From the NCBI RefSeq assembly GCF_006345805.1, contig NW_021830462.1, positions 1,540 to 65,539 on the forward strand: a DNA stretch of 64,000 nt, in the 5' to 3' direction. The position numbers were made by a program, and so were the translations under genes. Below the pieces are notes generated by a model. It searched no databases, was not told where the DNA came from, and saw only the letters and a list, made by a program, of their open reading frames with translations. Shown piece by piece: positions 62,797-64,000 of the stretch (position 1 is the first letter of the stretch; each line of letters begins with the position of its first letter). The DNA is from Octopus sinensis (Eukaryota).

Positions 62797-63180
62797 GGAG
62801 GCGCAATGGCCTAGTGGTTAGGGCAGTGGACTCGCGGTCATAGGATCGCGGTTTCGATTCCCAGACCGGGCGTTGTGAGTGTTTATTGAGCGAAAACAAC
62901 TAAAAGCTCCACGAGGCTCCGGCAGGGGATGGTGGTGATCCCTGCTGTACTCTTTCACCACAACTTTCTCTCACTCTTACTTCCTGTTTCTGTTGTACCT
63001 GTATTTCAAAGGGCCGACCTTGTCACTCTCTGTGTTACGCTGAATATCCCCGAGAACTACGTTAAGGGTGCACGTGTCTGTGGAGTGCTCAGACACTTAC
63101 ACATTAATTTCACGAGCAGGCTGTTCCGTTGATCGGATCAACCGGAACCCTCGTCGTCGTAACCGACGGAGTGCTTCCAT
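62797..63180 (+). mobile_element. SINE family B; TSD about GTGTTGATG
   Basis: Full length. Confidence 0.92.
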
Positions 63181-63289
63181 TAGTGTTGATGATAATAGTG
63201 GCAGTAGTAGTGATGCGGTTGCAAAGGTAATTTGCTTGCCACTTGGGTGGCCTGGGTTTGATTCCCAGCTGATGCAACGAATATTTTTT

Positions 63290-63600
63290 AAGGTGGCAAG
63301 CTGACAGAATCGTTAGCACACTGGGGAAAATGCTTAGTGTCATTTCATTTGTCCTTACGTTCTGAGTTCAAATTCTGCCAAGATTGGACTTTGCCTTTCA
63401 TCCTTAGTGCATTAAAGTATTTAAAAAAAAATTTTATTCTAAATTTTACATTCTAAGTTCAAATACTAATGAGGACAACCATTACCTTTCCTGCTTCTGG
63501 GTCGATAACATGAATTACCAGTCAGCTACTGAAAGTGCTGATATAATCAACCAGTTCTCAATCTGAAACTCAAAGCCTTGTTTTTATGTCAGAAATCACA
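63290..63600 (+). mobile_element. Old D-type SINE fragments
   Basis: ggcaagctgacagaatcgttagcac...ttctgagttcaaattctgcc. Confidence 0.65.
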
Positions 63601-63603
63601 AAT

Positions 63604-64000
63604 ATATATATAGTTAATCCAAACATGAAAGCACAAAAAAACACAACAACGCGAGGATGTGGAATAAATATAGCATTATTGGACGCTCAGGAAAGAAGGA
63701 GGGTTTAACGTTTCGAGTGGAGCTCTCGTCGGAACATAGGAGAAGAAAGATCAAGAAGGTGAGAAGGGAAGACAGAGGAAAAAAATCGCCAACGGTACAC
63801 ACGGGGTCACATTTATATATATAATATATGTGTGTGTGTGTGGGTGTGTATGTGTGTGTCTGTGTGTCTGTGTGTGTGTGTGTCTGTGTGTCTGTGTGTG
63901 TGTGTCTGGGTTTTGTACCCCCAATATCGCTTGATTTATACCTTTTTTGCATTATGTATGTATTTTCATGCATATAGTTGCATATCTAGACTATCTATGT
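63604..64000 (+). repeat. Dispersed direct copy of about 60372-60745, including a hammerhead at 63703-63736 (-)
   Basis: tagttaatccaaacatgaaagcac...gttgcatatctagactat shared; runs to the window end. Confidence 0.9.

Overview
Eukaryotic, very AT-rich, repeat-saturated genomic DNA. The tRNA-headed SINE families, microsatellite load and retroelement mix fit an octopus (coleoid cephalopod) genome; this is inferred from repeat content, not from a search. I found no intact protein-coding gene, rRNA, true tRNA gene or CRISPR array, and almost all ORF-track entries are microsatellite or SINE translations. Content: (i) about 50 SINE copies in five families (working labels A-E), many with target-site duplications (TSDs); (ii) fragments of R4/Dong-type, CR1/L2-type and Penelope-like (PLE; RT and GIY-YIG) retroelements; (iii) non-autonomous DNA elements (mariner, Tc2/pogo-like, hAT, piggyBac-like, Merlin-like, Helitron); (iv) several splice-site-bounded coding-like segments at 4-16 kb, possibly a decayed multi-exon gene. 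Main observation: about 15 type-I hammerhead ribozyme (HHR) motifs found by eye, from roughly a dozen unrelated sequence contexts. Most have a palindromic stem III (dimer type), several carry unusually long structured stem II inserts or core variants (U3-A8, C4), and most lie 30-200 nt upstream of a (TA)n tract. Folds were paired by hand and activity is untested. SINE and degraded-repeat boundaries are approximate.
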